Shown: in pieces, positions 36,727-50,599 of the stretch
How the letters are laid out: each line of letters opens with the position of its first letter
Numbering within the stretch: the first letter of the stretch is position 1
Source: Octopus vulgaris
Lineage: Eukaryota
Direction of reading: 5' to 3'
DNA length: 64,000 nucleotides
NCBI GenBank assembly: GCA_951406725.2
Contig: OX597815.1
Span: forward strand, 187,426,001 to 187,490,000
Notes under the pieces: model-generated
What the model saw: the letters and a program-made list of their open reading frames with translations, nothing else
Told to the model about the DNA's origin: nothing
Databases searched by the model: none
Translations under genes and position numbers: made by a program

Positions 36727-38759
36727 TCTCTTCAAACTTCTATTGATACTTTCTAAAATTTCATTTGAAACAAAAAACTCACAAAGCCCTTCTCCCTTTC
36801 CCTCCTTCTCCTGTTACAAGAAGGACTTCTTGGTCTTGGTTTCCATTTTCAGAGAAATTGAGAAATATGAGATTGCTTCTGATGGGGACTGAAAATTACA
36901 TCTACACAAGTTAGTCTTTTGGCGGCCAATGTGTTAAAAATCTGATTGTTATTTAATATGTAAGATTTGTTTTCAAAGTTTAAACAGTTTTTTTTTTCTT
37001 ACAATGTGATGATAACTAAACTACTGTCATAATTAATCTTTGTGCTTCTCAAGCCTTAGGGAGCTTTTATGAATTGACAGCTCAAATTTGTTGGCTTAAG
37101 GCTAATGAAAGACAGACATTCTTCAGAAAAGATATTAATTTATTGCAATTGGCAGTCTTAGAGGATCAGCTGGTACCTATTTCTCACAGCTTGGCCAACA
37201 GACTAATAATTGAATTAAGCTTATTTTTCAAATAAATTACAGAATTTCTGCAATAGATTTGAGTTCAAAATTTGTAAACTAGTCTCTGTATTCTATAATT
37301 ACTTGGACATTTTATTTCTACAGTTTCTGAAATTGTATAAAATTAGATTAGAAAAGTCTTTTAGTGACTTTATTTCTAATAAAAACACACAGTCTGTGTG
37401 TTTCAATTATATCTGAAAATAATCAAGAATTTGGATGGATTTTGAAAAATAGAATTTTTTTTTTGTGATTATTAAGCTGGTGCTTGGAACTCACTTTAGG
37501 TTCTTAAATAAAATGATTAAACTTTTAATTTAAATGCAAACGTTTTAAAACTGGTAGTTTAGTTTAACAGAACCAGAGGCAATTTCGGATAGGTTGGCAT
37601 CAAGGTGAATGGAAATCAAGTCACAAGAAAAAAAGCATGAATGAAAATGAAAATTTCAGTTGAGAAACAATGTCACAAGGTAAAAGAAAAAGGCTCATTT
37701 AACATAAATATGATAAATAAGTCAGTTATTAAGCATAACATTTTGTATGCAATTTATTTAATGAAATTACATGTGTATGTATACAATTGATATAATGACA
37801 TATGGTGAACAAAACACTGTATGTGTGTGCGCGCGTGTGTGTGTGTGTGTGTGTGTGCATGTGTGTGTGTGTGTGCATGCACTTGTAATCCAGGCTCCCA
37901 CAGAGAAGCATATATTTGTTGTGTTACTCCTCTTTCCACAATTTGGTATCAACAGGCTTAAAATGAGTTGGTGTCTCTTTGTGACTAAGACATTTATTTC
38001 AATAGTCTGAACGGTTACTTAAAACTGAAAACGATAAGGAAATCTGCATTGCCAAAATGATAAAGTGAATATTTGATATTAATTTTGAGTAGCTTACATA
38101 AGAAATTGAAATCTAGGTCATCTACATGACAAATAAGCAGCTCACATAGCTAAAGATGTCAACATAGAGATAAGTACAGGCATTTTCAAGTCCATAACAC
38201 TATTTATTTTCATTAATTCTACATAGCTTTCACACTGCAGATTAAAGATATTATCTTAAAGCAAAATGATCAGATATAGATTTAATTTTTACTAAAAGAA
38301 AAAAAAAAAATTTGTGACTAACTGCAAAAAGTTATTTCATATAACAATGTCTATATAATTTCCATGTACATAATTTATCCTTTTATTTACTATGGGTTGG
38401 GGAAGAAGGAAAATATTGGTAATTAATGTGAACAGAAATCTGAAACAGCTGGTATATTTTCTAATGTATTCTTGAATAGAGAAAAGCACACACTTTTCTT
38501 TGTTTAATATCCACTAGGATCTGACCTAAATGAGATATTCAAAATATCGACAATATTATACCTATCATATTACTTAAAGAAAGATAATGAAAAGACATTA
38601 AGTGTTTAAACAAGCTAAAATATAGAACAGTTTACAGTGTTTAATGCTTTCCAATGTAAAGAGATAAGGATTCTGTTTCTTTTTATACATAGTAAATAAT
38701 TCTTTGTTGGTTTTATATATACATAAAACATGTACATGGGTGTGTATATTATATCACCT

Positions 38760-38881
38760 ATTGCATATATATGCATATGTTAATATATATATATATATAT
38801 ACATGCTTATATATACTATTTATTATATATATCTATACATATTAACTATATAGATTATGCATATATATACATATTTATATA

Positions 38882-38920
<39 letters not shown>

Positions 38921-39028
38921 TTATGTGTATATGTATGTATATATATGTGCATATATATATATGAATGTATGTATGTGTGTATGTATATATATATTTATTT
39001 ATTTATTATAAACACATGCATCTCCTAC

Positions 39029-39062
<34 letters not shown>

Positions 39063-39145
39063 GTGTGTGTGTATATGTGTATATATATATTAAATATGTT
39101 TTGACCAAAAATTGGCCAGGGTCATGTCTAACTTAATAGCACCAC

Positions 39146-39185
<40 letters not shown>

Positions 39186-39320
39186 TATATTGTGTGTGTG
39201 TATGTATGTATGTATGTATATCTATCTATATATATTTTATAGATGTTATATCTATAAGTTATATCTATATATATATTACATCTATTTATAAAGAATATAC
39301 ATATTATAAAAACATATAAA
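38760..39320. repeat. Compound TA/TG/CT microsatellite region
   Basis: Seen directly. Confidence 0.85.
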
Positions 39321-39324
39321 TTAT

Positions 39325-39580
39325 GTAAAAGACTTTCTCACTTCCCGAGTGTTAAACTAATACATCTGTTTGTTGTTTACACACCCATCTTCGTCTTTTG
39401 TTTTATTGTAAATTCTCACTATATATATGCACAAGTTTCTCTCATTCTCTCTATTTATTTTCTCTCATTCCTTTCTCTTAAAGAGCGTAGGCTCAAAACA
39501 TAAAAGACTTTTTTATTATACACTTGCTTGTTGTTCACACACCTGTCTTCTTTTGTTTTTCTATAAATTTCAACTACACA
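39325..39580 (+). mobile_element. Partial tandem of the 2065-2275 family (probable Penelope terminal repeat)
   Basis: The taaaagacttt...tgttgtt.acacacc...taaatt segment occurs twice. A GAGCgtagGCTC hairpin lies near 39483-39494. Confidence 0.55.
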
Positions 39581-39584
39581 CACA

Positions 39585-39768
39585 CACACACACACACACA
39601 CACGATGGGCTTCTTACACTTTCCACCTATCAAATCCACTCACAAGGCTTTGGTTGGCCTGAGGGTGCAGTAGAAGATACTTGCCCAAGGTGCCACGCAG
39701 TGGGACTGAACCCAGAACCATGTTTTTGCAAAGTAAACTTCTTATCACAGAGCAACCCTGCACCTACA
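39585..39768 (-). mobile_element. SINE family A, 5' half
   Basis: gatgggcttctt...aaatccactcacaaggctttgg...gtgggactgaacc. Confidence 0.85.
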
Positions 39769-41668
39769 TATGTGCAGACATATATATATATATTTGTATG
39801 CATCTGTGTGTGTATATAGGTATGTAGATTCGATTGTGTGTTTTTGCATCAAATATGTTTCCATCTATTGGCAGAATATCTAAATTTTTATATTTTTATC
39901 ATTTAAATTTAATTAGAAAAATTGGATTAAAAAATATTCTATAAGAAATCCTAGTACTGCTGAGAAAGGAGACTTTAAAATCATATTTTTAAAGCTGCTA
40001 TGAAATTTGAATATCTGAAAGTATTTTAATGCTTTGATTTGCTATTTTTATTTTGCATTTATTTTTTTGCATGATTTTAAATGAATATCGGTGTTATTTA
40101 AGAATGTGTTCAAAATTATCTGCATCTGTATAGGTATAAAAATTACATATAGTCTTGAAATTATCTGCTCTTTCATCTTTGTTGTGCAATAATGGCAGAT
40201 AGTTAATTCTCCTTCATCTTCAAGATTTTTCATTCTGTTTATTGAGAATTTTTATCTGATTTCATATCTTTCTACAATTAAACATTGATAGCAATTTCTA
40301 ACACTGGAACAAGAGCACATATTTTTCGTTAAAGAATGCAGTTAATTTAATCTAGCTATTTTTGTACTTCTTTGACATTGCATCGGTGAAAATACCTCAA
40401 CTCTAGCAGAATTTGAACTGAGAACATAGAATTAAATGTTGCAAAAAAATTTAATCTAGCCCTTTACAGCTACTACTATTTAACTGTCAATTAAAAATGT
40501 ATAATAAATACAAATGATTGATAGATTAGAGAAAGAGAAATTTTTCTTTATCTTTTTCTGTTTTGCATTTCATCATAAATCACCCACACAAATCTTGAAA
40601 TAGTTGACACACTTTTGATAACTGAGATCATGGGACCTGTTTTTTTTTTGTTTTAAAAATTTTTTTTAAATAACGTGATAACATAGCAGTATGTGGCAAA
40701 AGTCTCCAATAGAAAATAGGTGCAATACAATTTTCCAGCAGCTGCTTCATTGCAAACATCTGGAGAGTCTGTGTCCATTAATTTACAAGACTTTATTTTC
40801 TGTATGTAGCAACATGAATAATTTGTATGAACAGAAAACTACTTTTTTGTCTCCAGTGATGCAGCCTCCTACTTTTTATAAATGTTTGTTGTGGAACAGA
40901 TTGAAATAAAGATATTTCAGTGACTTGTTTAGTCATCATTGGAAAATATCAAGTATAATAAATCTATACAACGTAGCTAGCTGCATTTGTAACACATATA
41001 ATTAAATAGATTTCAATGATTGAACTTATTATAAATTTCATAGCAAATGCTGTATTTTTTGGTGTAAAAAGAAATAAGATTTACTACAAACCTTCTGCCC
41101 CTCCCCTCCCTCGCTCTATTATACAGCTGTGATTACGAAGTCTGTCACGAAGGTGATAAAATTATGTATTTCTGTTCTGGTTTTCAATATATATATATAT
41201 AACCCACACACATATTTTAAAATATTAAAAATAATAATTTATATCATACACATACATTTTTAATAATTTCTGTTGATATTCTGTTTTTGTTTATTATAAT
41301 GAAACCCAGTAAAATTTTGCAGTTTGATTTATTAAACTACTTTGTTTTTGTATTTTAATATCTTATTACTGTTTATCACTGTAAGGAATCATTATACTAT
41401 TCATAGAATTCATCATCATTTGTTAGAAATCATATTATTTTACTTTTATTTTCAATACTGAGCTGTCATTGAAGATTCAATACTTGGATTCTGTTGTGTC
41501 AATAACATCTGTTAAGTTTCTTCCTGGTTTTCATTTAACTTCATTTAACTCTTCTTTGGCATCTTTTGGGGGTAAATGCAGTTTTATTGTATGACCAAGA
41601 AGGTATGCTTATCTTGTAATGGTTTTATTTTCATATCTAGCACTAGTATATATACCCATAAGAAATAC

Positions 41669-41835
41669 ATTTTTTTATTGTCCCCGCAGGGCTGAGCACA
41701 GAAGGGACAAAATACAAAGTAGAGCTTTTCTCTTCGGGAAGAAGAAAAGAAGAAAAAAGGTAGGGGAGGGGGAATTCCGATCAAAAGGGATCGTGGAAAA
41801 AAGTGGGTGTCAAATTCCAATCAAAAGGGATCAAA
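41669..41835 (-). mobile_element. Probable LINE 3' UTR fragment (family H)
   Basis: The minus strand ends ttgtcccttctgtgctcagccctgcggggacaataaaaaaat. Homologous to 4409-4572. Confidence 0.6.
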
Positions 41836-42796
41836 ACTATTCTCTTGACTTTTAGTATTGTCTTTAGTCTAAACAGAAAAGAAGGGAATCAATTAATTAA
41901 TTATTTAAAATTAATTATTAAATTATCCTTTTTTTTTTTTTTATCAATTTTCACATTTTTGGTTTGTGGCAGAACCATTTAGAAAAAAAGCTCGGTTAAT
42001 TCATCTAAAAATTGACTATCATATAAATATTAAGTGTATTAGAGAAGAGTAATGAAAATACAACCTATCAAATAAACTGTGTTGAGTCTTGTTATAATCT
42101 TTTTGTTGATTAGCTTCAGGTTTGTAAGTCTTCTGACTATTAACCTCCTGTTTTAAGGTGAATAGTCTGGAAACTTATAATCTTATTAAGAATTACTCGT
42201 CAACCACTTAGACATTTAGCTTTAGTCTTGTTCATAATTCATTTATTCCTGCTTTTATTATATTAGCTATTCATTAGAAATTAAATTCCAAAGTAAGCAA
42301 GATGAAGTATAAGTTTATACCAGTATTTATTTTCACTTAAGATACTTTTTATTCATGATACAGAAATTCATCAATGATGAGAGAAAGAGAGAGAGGCTTC
42401 TTTCCTTTATCTGCAAAGCTCAATAATAATAGCAGTAGTTTCTTTTTCATCCAATGACCAGTTCAGTCAGATAATATGAAGTTCTGTAATCGTGGTTTGT
42501 TCTGATGAACAAACCTTTAAGTTTAAAAACACAAAATAGTTGAATCTAAGGAAGTTAGTGCTGTTCTGCATCAGTTAAAAAACTTCTGCAAATAATTTAA
42601 GGTTGAAGGATCAGTCTTATGATGGTGAGGAAGAAGAAAGGGTTTTTTTCTAATTTTTATATATATATATATATATATATATTATATTGTGTGAAATTTG
42701 ATTTAGTATTTCTAAATTGAATTTTTTTCCCCTGTAAGTTTGGATTTATATTCCCTTAAATAATTATTATATATATATATATTTATATATATTTAT

Positions 42797-43135
42797 CATT
42801 GTCAGTTAACATCCATATTCCTTGCTGGCATGGATTTAATGGTTTGACACCCTGAGGGCTGTGCTGGTATCTAATGCTTTCTTTGACAATGTTGCCATGG
42901 TTGGCTGCTCTTCCTGATGCCAGCCACATTACAAAGCGCACTGGATACTTTATTTTCATGGCACCTGCACTAGTGAGGTCACTAAGTTACTTTTTAGACA
43001 TGGCCCCGTGACAGTGTGTTGGAGGGGCAGTATTGAGGGGAATAGCTTTGTGCTAGGCCAGGTGTTGATAGGCTGATGTATGAAAGAGGGAAAAGAACAA
43101 GTGTCTTGTTGTAGAGGAGATACATGGCTACCCAT
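42797..43135 (-). mobile_element. Old family C-related element
   Basis: catt...gttaacatcc...gctggcatgg and gctcttcctgatgcca motifs. Confidence 0.65.
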
Positions 43136-43200
43136 GTTCCACTCCTATGTAGCATTTCTGTTCATACACATGCATCATATAATGTCTTTCACTCTAAGGG

Positions 43201-43231
<31 letters not shown>

Positions 43232-43299
43232 TATATAGGTGTATATATGGATATGTTGTATGTATGTATAAATATGTTTGTGTATATATGTATAAGCAT

Positions 43300-43470
43300 A
43301 TGTGTGTGGTAACAACCTTGCTTCCCAACCACATGGTTCCGGGTTCAGTCCCACTGCATGGCATCTACTATAGCCTCTGGCTGACCAAAGCCTTGTGAGT
43401 AGATTTGGTAGATGGAAACTGAATGAAGCCAGTTGTATATATTTGTGTGTGTATGTGTGTTTTTCCCCTC
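43300..43470 (+). mobile_element. SINE family A, 5' half
   Basis: tgtgtggtaa...ccacatggttccgggttcagtcccactgc...gatggaaactgaa. Confidence 0.85.
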
Positions 43471-43864
43471 CCCCACTACCACTTTATTTCATTGAATTGG
43501 CCATACAGGCCTTACATAGAAGCACCTATGGGCTGGACAAAACGCAAGATGAATAAATGACAGAGCAAATAATGAAATTGGTGAGGGAAGGCAAGCGATG
43601 CCCGCCAATCACTGCTTCCCGAAAACATTGTTCTTCTTTCTTTTTCTAACAAATTGTGGTTATAAACCTCATACTTTAATTCAATTGGACCCAAGGTCCT
43701 TATAAATGAGGCACTAAGCCTCTTACATTTTTCATACTTTTTTCATTATTTTCTGCCCCGCTGGCACCTGACCAGGCTCAATGCCTCACTGAAGCACGCC
43801 AATGGTGTTAGGTCAGAGTACTTCAGCAGGAAGCGGAATGTGTCTTTGGGGAAGGAGTTCATCA

Positions 43865-43952
43865 CCTTGCATAAGGTACCACGCAGTGGGATTGAACTCG
43901 GAACTATGTGGTTGGTAAGCAAGCTACTTACCACACAGCCACTCCTACGCCT
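43865..43952 (-). mobile_element. SINE family A head only
   Basis: Minus strand ggcgtaggagtggctgtgtggtaagtagcttgc...gagttcaatcccactgcgtggtacc. Confidence 0.85.
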
Positions 43953-44003
43953 TAGATATATTTATTATTGATGACTTTGTGTCTCACCAAATAAGCTTTT
44001 TAA

Positions 44004-44225
44004 CCCTTTTGTTACCATATTTCTTTTGAGATGTTCTGTGTTTCTTTCAATTGATTTTAAATATAACAAAGAATTTAGTAAAATAACTTAGTTATCATTA
44101 AGCTAGTGTTATGAACATAAATTGTGACTTAAGGTTTAGTGAAAGATTTTAACTCAGAACTTTTGAAAACAAGACATTTGTACTCAGAACCAGAGGCGGT
44201 TTCAGGCGGTTTGGTATCAAAAGGG
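44004..44225. mobile_element. piggyBac-type MITE family D
   Basis: TTAA at 44000 and 44226. ccctttttgttacc ... ggtatcaaaaggg. Confidence 0.93.
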
Positions 44226-45283
44226 TTAAACAAATATAGTATTCAGTGTGGTAGTTCAGCTTCTATAGTTATAAATGACATTTAGCATTTTGAAATCAGA
44301 ATTATTCGAAATAAATAACATAGATGAAGCTATTTTATATTGTATAAAATGGGAATAAGTTAAGGGCAGAGAAAATGTGTGAGATAGGGCTGTAGTGAAC
44401 AAAAAGTACTGGGAGATATGTAACTGTGCAGAGAGATAAAGGTTTTGAAATAGATAGGTAACTATAGATGAAGCCCAGGCGGTGGTGGTGGGGGGGAGGG
44501 AAGTAATACATTGAATAGTGAAATTAGTGTAAAGTGTATTAATTGCAGTAAGGGGTGGGTGGGTCGTAATCCCTGTTTATGCTTGTGATTATGTGAAAAG
44601 GAACAAGTAAAGAAGTGAGGATGAGAATTTACACTTGTAGAGATAGTAAATGCCATGAAGAAGAAATTTAGGCTGGTCAGTATAGCAGAAAACGGTGAAG
44701 TCACCAACCACTTCAAGTCAGAGGTCTCAGAAGGAATTTTCATAGGAAGGGGAAAGAGAAGAGAAGAGAAGAAAAAAGAAGGCACCAGACAAGGAGATTA
44801 GGAGGAGGCGGCGGGGGGGGATGAGTTGGAAGAAAAAGAAAGATAAGAGAATAGGAAAAGGAGATGTAAAAGTGGGAGGAGGAGGAGGAGGAGGAGGAGG
44901 AGAAGAGTCATAAGTGGAGAAAAAGGAAAAACTAGTAGAGACAAATAAGTGCATATGTAAAGGATGTATATAAAGTGAAGTGGTAGCAGTGAGAGCTAGT
45001 TTGATGATTGGAACTTTTGCAAATGTAAGCTGCAAGTTTAAAGATAAGAGTAAAAATGAAATAACTATAGTAACAGATAATTAACTAACCAGACTGCAGA
45101 AATCTGCAGAGAAGTTGGGGTGAAGTGATAGGGGTTGGAGTAAAAATTAATACAAAAGTTAAATTAGGCAGAGCAGACAGGGATTGCTATAATAATGGGG
45201 TAGTTGGTTGGTAAGGATTAACATTGGAATGGCATTATAAATTAATGTGCTAGAAGCCCAAATGTTATTAATTTTGGTGTCAA

Positions 45284-45478
45284 ATTATGGCACAAGAGAG
45301 AGAGGGGTTAAGTCGATTATATTGACCCCAGTGCTTAACTAGTACTTATTTTATCGACCCAGAAAGGATGAAAAGTAAAGTCACCCTCAGTGGAATTTGA
45401 ACTCAGAAAGAACAGATGGATGAATTACCATTAAGCATTTTGTCCTGTATGCTACTGATTCTGCCAGCTCACTGCCCT
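45284..45478 (-). mobile_element. SINE family B2
   Basis: tatcgaccc.gaaaggatgaaa..aaagtc...gaatttgaactcag...gattctgccagctcactgcc. Confidence 0.85.
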
Positions 45479-45480
45479 CC

Positions 45481-45716
45481 ATATATATATACGTGTGTAT
45501 GTGTGTGTGTATGTTTGTGTGTCTGTGTTTGTTGCCCCAATTTCTCTTGACAACCGATGCTGGTGTGTTTATGTCCCTGTAACTTAGCGGTTTGGCAAAA
45601 GAGACCAATAGACTAAGTACTAGGCTTACAAAGAATAAGTCCTGGGGCCGATTTGCTTGACTAAAGGCAGTGCTCCAGCATGGCCACAGTCAAATGACTG
45701 AAACAAGTAAAAGAGT
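45481..45716 (+). mobile_element. SINE family A, 3' half
   Basis: From the central microsatellite to the gactgaaacaagtaaaagag tail. Confidence 0.9.
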
Positions 45717-45737
45717 ATATATATATACATATGTTTG

Positions 45738-45772
<35 letters not shown>

Positions 45773-45776
<4 letters not shown>

Positions 45777-45895
45777 TAGAGATGGTAGACCCCTATATCT
45801 CACCAAATAAAAAGAATTTTTATTTTTATTTTAAATACCTAAAAATAAAAATTATTTTTATTTGGTGAGATGTAGGGGTCTACTATCTCTAAATT
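45773..45895. repeat. Fold-back with ~56-bp arms, inside a (TA)n-flanked insert (45771-45970)
   Basis: aatttagagatggtagacccctatatctcaccaaataaaaa... pairs with ...tttttatttggtgagatgtaggggtctactatctctaaatt, with an 11-nt loop. Confidence 0.9.
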
Positions 45896-45965
45896 AAAAT
45901 ATTTTTCTTCATTGAGAATAATTTGAACCTCTGTTATGCCGGAATTTTTATTCCCTAAAAAATAA

Positions 45966-46002
<37 letters not shown>

Positions 46003-46005
<3 letters not shown>

Positions 46006-46180
46006 CACCCACTACACTCACGGAGTGGTTGGCGTTAGGAAGGGCATCCAGCTGTAGAAACATTGCCAGATTAGACTGGAGCCTGGTGCAGCCTTCTGGC
46101 TTCCCAGAACCCCGGTCGAACCGTCCAACCCATGCTAGCATGGAGAACGGACGTTAAACGATGATGATGATGATGATGAT
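46003..46180 (+). mobile_element. Element family C, 3' part
   Basis: aagcacccactacactc...ggacgttaaac(gat)n. Confidence 0.92.
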
Positions 46181-47526
46181 ACGTATGTATGAATGTATGT
46201 CTGTATGTAAATACATACATATGTATGTATATATACATATGTATGTATATATATATACATATATATATGTATGTATATACGTATATATATGTACATATCT
46301 ATGTATATATGTATGTATCTGTATATATGTACGTATCTATGTATTTATGTACGTATTTATGTATATATATATATATATATAAATAATTAGCTAAAATTAT
46401 CTCTTCTGAATATGTGTATAAACAATATATTTTGTGAAAAAATTGAATTTTAAAACATTTCATCGAACCATTGCATTTTCTTTTGACCGCTTTCTGAAAA
46501 TTAATAATAAACTGAGCAGGAATTAAACCCATGTCATGTTGAAACTTGTTTCTGCTCTGTTTTTCTCCTTGTTTTCCTTGACTTGTAATATTTTCATTTA
46601 TTTATATATTTATTAAGTATATGTTGTGAATGCAGGACAGTTAATTTAAAGACTTCCAGCATTGTGTTCATTAACCGACATAGCAAAAAGCACACAGCAT
46701 TTCTTTAGTGGTGATACTAAATAAATGATTAATATTAAAAACTTTTTTTCCATTGTGAATAGTAAAGACCAATAACAGCAGAAAATGAAAGTTATAAACA
46801 TGAATCACCTGTATATAACGTGTATATCTTGGTCAAAAGAAAAGCTAAGTATAAATGATTTTAGATAACGCAAAGTGAAGAAGTGTTTATTGTTGCTTGC
46901 ATGGAAACTGGTTTTGTGAGTAGTCATCTAATAGTTAAATGGAAAAATATACTTTACGTTAGTATTTAATATTAAACCTGAGCTAAGGTTGAATAGAATC
47001 TGGACATATAGTATTACTAGGTTAAAAGTGATAAAGTTAACTGAAGAAGTTATTGAAAGAAGTGAAATTGAGAGAACCTGTTTATCGGGTCTGTACAATC
47101 AATTTCTACCTGCAATCAATATCTGAAACATTTTCTTTCAGTGATTTATTATTATTATATTTTTTTATGTACATTTTCTCTGTATTGGGGTTAACAAAAT
47201 GTCACGGTAAAAATAGAACTGAAATAATGTTTAATAACTGTATCCTCTGAATTATGTAAAATTAAAAATTTAACCATGCTAGGTTATAATATTATAAAGT
47301 TCCTTATATTTTATATTTAATATATATTTGAATGAATCAAAAAAATTAATTGAAAGTTTTGCCATTAAAATGCTATATTTGTCCAGAATGCAACCAGTGA
47401 AATAGTAAAGAGATGAAAAAAAAATAACACCAAAAAATCAGTATGTTATTTATTTTGAAAATTAAAATTTTTCCTTTTAATATGTTTATCCCTTACACAT
47501 TAACAAATAGCTGTATCTACTATTAA

Positions 47527-47850
47527 CAGTGGTGGACTGGGTCTAAAAATATTGGTTGCCAGGAGACTAGGGGGGGGGGGCACCTGCAACTATATGGGGG
47601 TCCACTTGCAACTGCAATGCTATCATTTAATTTTTTTTTTTTTTTTTTTGGTAAAAGTATTCTTTTCAACTGTCTACAAACACAACCAGGCTGAAATAAT
47701 TAATGCATTCTTCCAGGAGTGAATAAAAAATTTTCAAACTTGAGGGGATGGGCCCCTTAGATATGAACATGGACCCCCATATATGAATTCTAATGGTGCA
47801 GAGGCCCACTTGCCATTGGGCAAGCTGGCAACCTGGCCAGACCACCACTG
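47527..47850. mobile_element. hAT-like MITE
   Basis: TIR cagtggtggactgg / ccagaccaccactg. The flanking 8-mers match only 5/8. Confidence 0.7.
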
Positions 47851-48359
47851 CCTATAATTGTTTGTAGTTGTAATGGAGAAACATTGAAGTGCTGGAAGTA
47901 AATAATCAAGATGAATGTAACTTTTTTATATTGGTCTCTTCTGGAACCAGCATCTGTATCCTTAGTCTTTGCAGCCCCTCCAAGAATAGTGAAATTAATG
48001 CCATTAATGTTCCACATAAAATGTTGTAACTTAAGTATGAGATCTAAAACTTATCCATGGAGGAATGTAATGACAATGGAAACATAAATATTTTGTAGAA
48101 GTTTCATATTATTCAACCAATATTTTCAGATTAATTCTGAACTGAAGTTGAAAATGTCTTGTGAGAAGTAGAAGATAGCCTTTCTGTTGTCATGAAATTG
48201 ATGTAGTTCATATCAAGCATGAATTTCTACAATTCTGGGAGGATAGCACCGAGGAAAGTTTTTTTTTTTAGTGGGTTGTGAGATACAGTAAAGATACAGT
48301 AAAAGGGAAGACGATAGATCAGATTGGATTTGATGCATATATTATGCAACATACTGGTT

Positions 48360-48470
48360 CATCATCACCATCATCATCATCATCATCATTTAACATCCAC
48401 CTTCCATGCTGGCATGGGTTGGATAGTGTGACAGGAGCCGGCCAGGCAGGAGCCTACATCAAACTTCCAG
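48360..48470 (-). mobile_element. Element family C, 3' fragment
   Basis: (catc)n-tttaacatcc.ccttccatgctggcatgggttgga. Confidence 0.8.
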
Positions 48471-49817
48471 AAGAGAATCTTTTTTCTTTTTATGAGGGAG
48501 AGAAAGGGGAGGGGAAACAATGCATCTGTGGACTAACGACTGTTGCATATTTGTGAGGGTGCCTTTGCCAACCAGCCAGGCTGCAATTTTTTTTAATGAA
48601 ATCCTGAATGTTTGTGTGTGTATGTGTAGCCAGAGTACTGTCCTTAATATGTATACTGTACTCTAAAATGTGTGTGTTGGTTGCACTAGAATTGTGTTGA
48701 GACGATCAGCAACAGTTTGGGGCTGAAATACTTCCTAGTGGGGAATATAAAGTCTCAAGTTTGCATTGCAGTTTTGACAGTTGTGCAGATATGTCGTCGT
48801 CTTGAAAGATTTGTGGTAAATCTGATGGTCTTTATCTGTGTGCTGTTCACAAGTAAAGAATGTCTGTTGTTTTGATCTTTTGCTATGATACATGTAGTGG
48901 TTATTGTCTTAGAGAGACCATAAGTTGTCATATCTCCAATGGAGGGACACTATTTTCAAGATTTCCCTTCATAGATGCAGTAAAAACCTGGCATGAGGTC
49001 TCCCAGTTTTTAGCGGAAAATTGAAAAGTAAAAGTTGGAAATCATTTGTTTTGAAGTATAGACAATTAGAAGTAACTGCAAATAGCTTTTTAATTTTAAT
49101 GAATAGGAATCGGTTTAAAGTTTCTATTCTAAAAAAAATATAATGGATTTGAATTAGAATGGTTCAACAACTTAGTGTAGTTTAGATAAATGAGGAACAA
49201 TTTGTTTTTTTAACTTTGGTTCATAGCATTTAAATTAAAATGCTTGACAAGAGAAAATTACCTTAATATAATGTTGATCTCCAAATCTGTAACTTTTTGC
49301 TTTATTTTTAAGCCTTCAATCATATAAAAGTAAATAAATTCAAAAAGATTTTTGGAAATTTGAACAGTTTAAGTAGATTAAGAATTCATTTCTGAATTGA
49401 TGAGATTTCTTAGAACTAAAATAAATCTTGGAGTTTTAGGCAATGTATTTTTAAAGTGCTACATTTAGATCTGGATCTTATTTAAAACATAATATTTTCT
49501 CAAATGAAAATAGATGAATTCCCATTTACAATTATCTTTCACCAAAAGTTAAACAGTAAAACAGTCTTTTCATTTTTAGATTTCTAATTGTCAACATATT
49601 CTATCATTTCTCGTGTGCCTCAAGGTTATGTTATGTAACATACATTTTTATCCCTCTACATTCTTACTATTACTTTCAAACACACACCAACGCACATTAT
49701 ATAACTCTTTATGACTGGTTAATTTTCTGAACAGAGGCTCATCCATGCATAACCTAGACACATTATACATCGCTTTACCTGCATTTATGAAGAGAAAATT
49801 TTAAACTATTATATATA

Positions 49818-50050
49818 AGGCGGCGAACTGGCAGAAACGTTAGCACGCCGGGCAAATTGCATAGCCATATTTCGTCTGCCGTTTCGTTCTGGGTTCAAAT
49901 TCCACCAAGGTCGACTTTGCCTTTCATCCTTTCGAGGTCGATAAATTAAGTACCAATTACACACTGGGGTCGATGTAATCGACTCAATCCGTTTGTCTGT
50001 CCTTGTTTGTTCTCTCTGTGTTTAGCCCCTTGTGGGTAGTAAAGAAATAT
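49818..50050 (+). mobile_element. SINE family B1, full length
   Basis: Closely matches 31140-31370. Confidence 0.93.
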
Positions 50051-50176
50051 ATTATTATTAGTGGAGATCTTCTTAGTCACTTTCAACAACACTAAGAAAA
50101 AATCTCCAAACTTATCAAAGAAGCAAACTGCGAGACTACTCTTTACTAGTGAAGACCACTTGGATAAATTATTTAA

Positions 50177-50364
50177 CCCTTTAGCATTTAAATTACTCTG
50201 TCAAATGTAATACTTATTTATCCACCTTGTTTTGAATTAATCATAATGATGTGACTATTTTTAGAATGACATTGTAGGGCAGGTGTGAGAGACCAGATCT
50301 AGCCAGTTGAACATAAAACAGATAAAATACTCGAGCTGGATATAGCTAGCATAAATGCTAAAAG
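50177..50364. mobile_element. MITE family E
   Basis: TTAA-ccctttagcattt ... aaatgctaaaag-TTAA. Confidence 0.88.
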
Positions 50365-50599
50365 TTAAGTTTGTTTAAATGATGATGGTTGTTCAGGGAG
50401 ACCATACATTTACAAAATTACCAACATTCACCAGAAAATGCAGTGCTGGACAGTAGCTGAAATTTTATAAAGCCCAAATGTCATCCACATTAGCATATAG
50501 CTCACATATCTGTATATTACTATTGCTACATACACAAAAATTCTAGACCTCAGTATGCCATCAGGCTAATTGGTATATAAACCCTGTTTTTCTACTGCA

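Noticed and set aside
44462-45035. Pro/Phe/Ser-rich minus-strand ORFs
   Set aside because: They reflect a low-complexity GA-rich tract.
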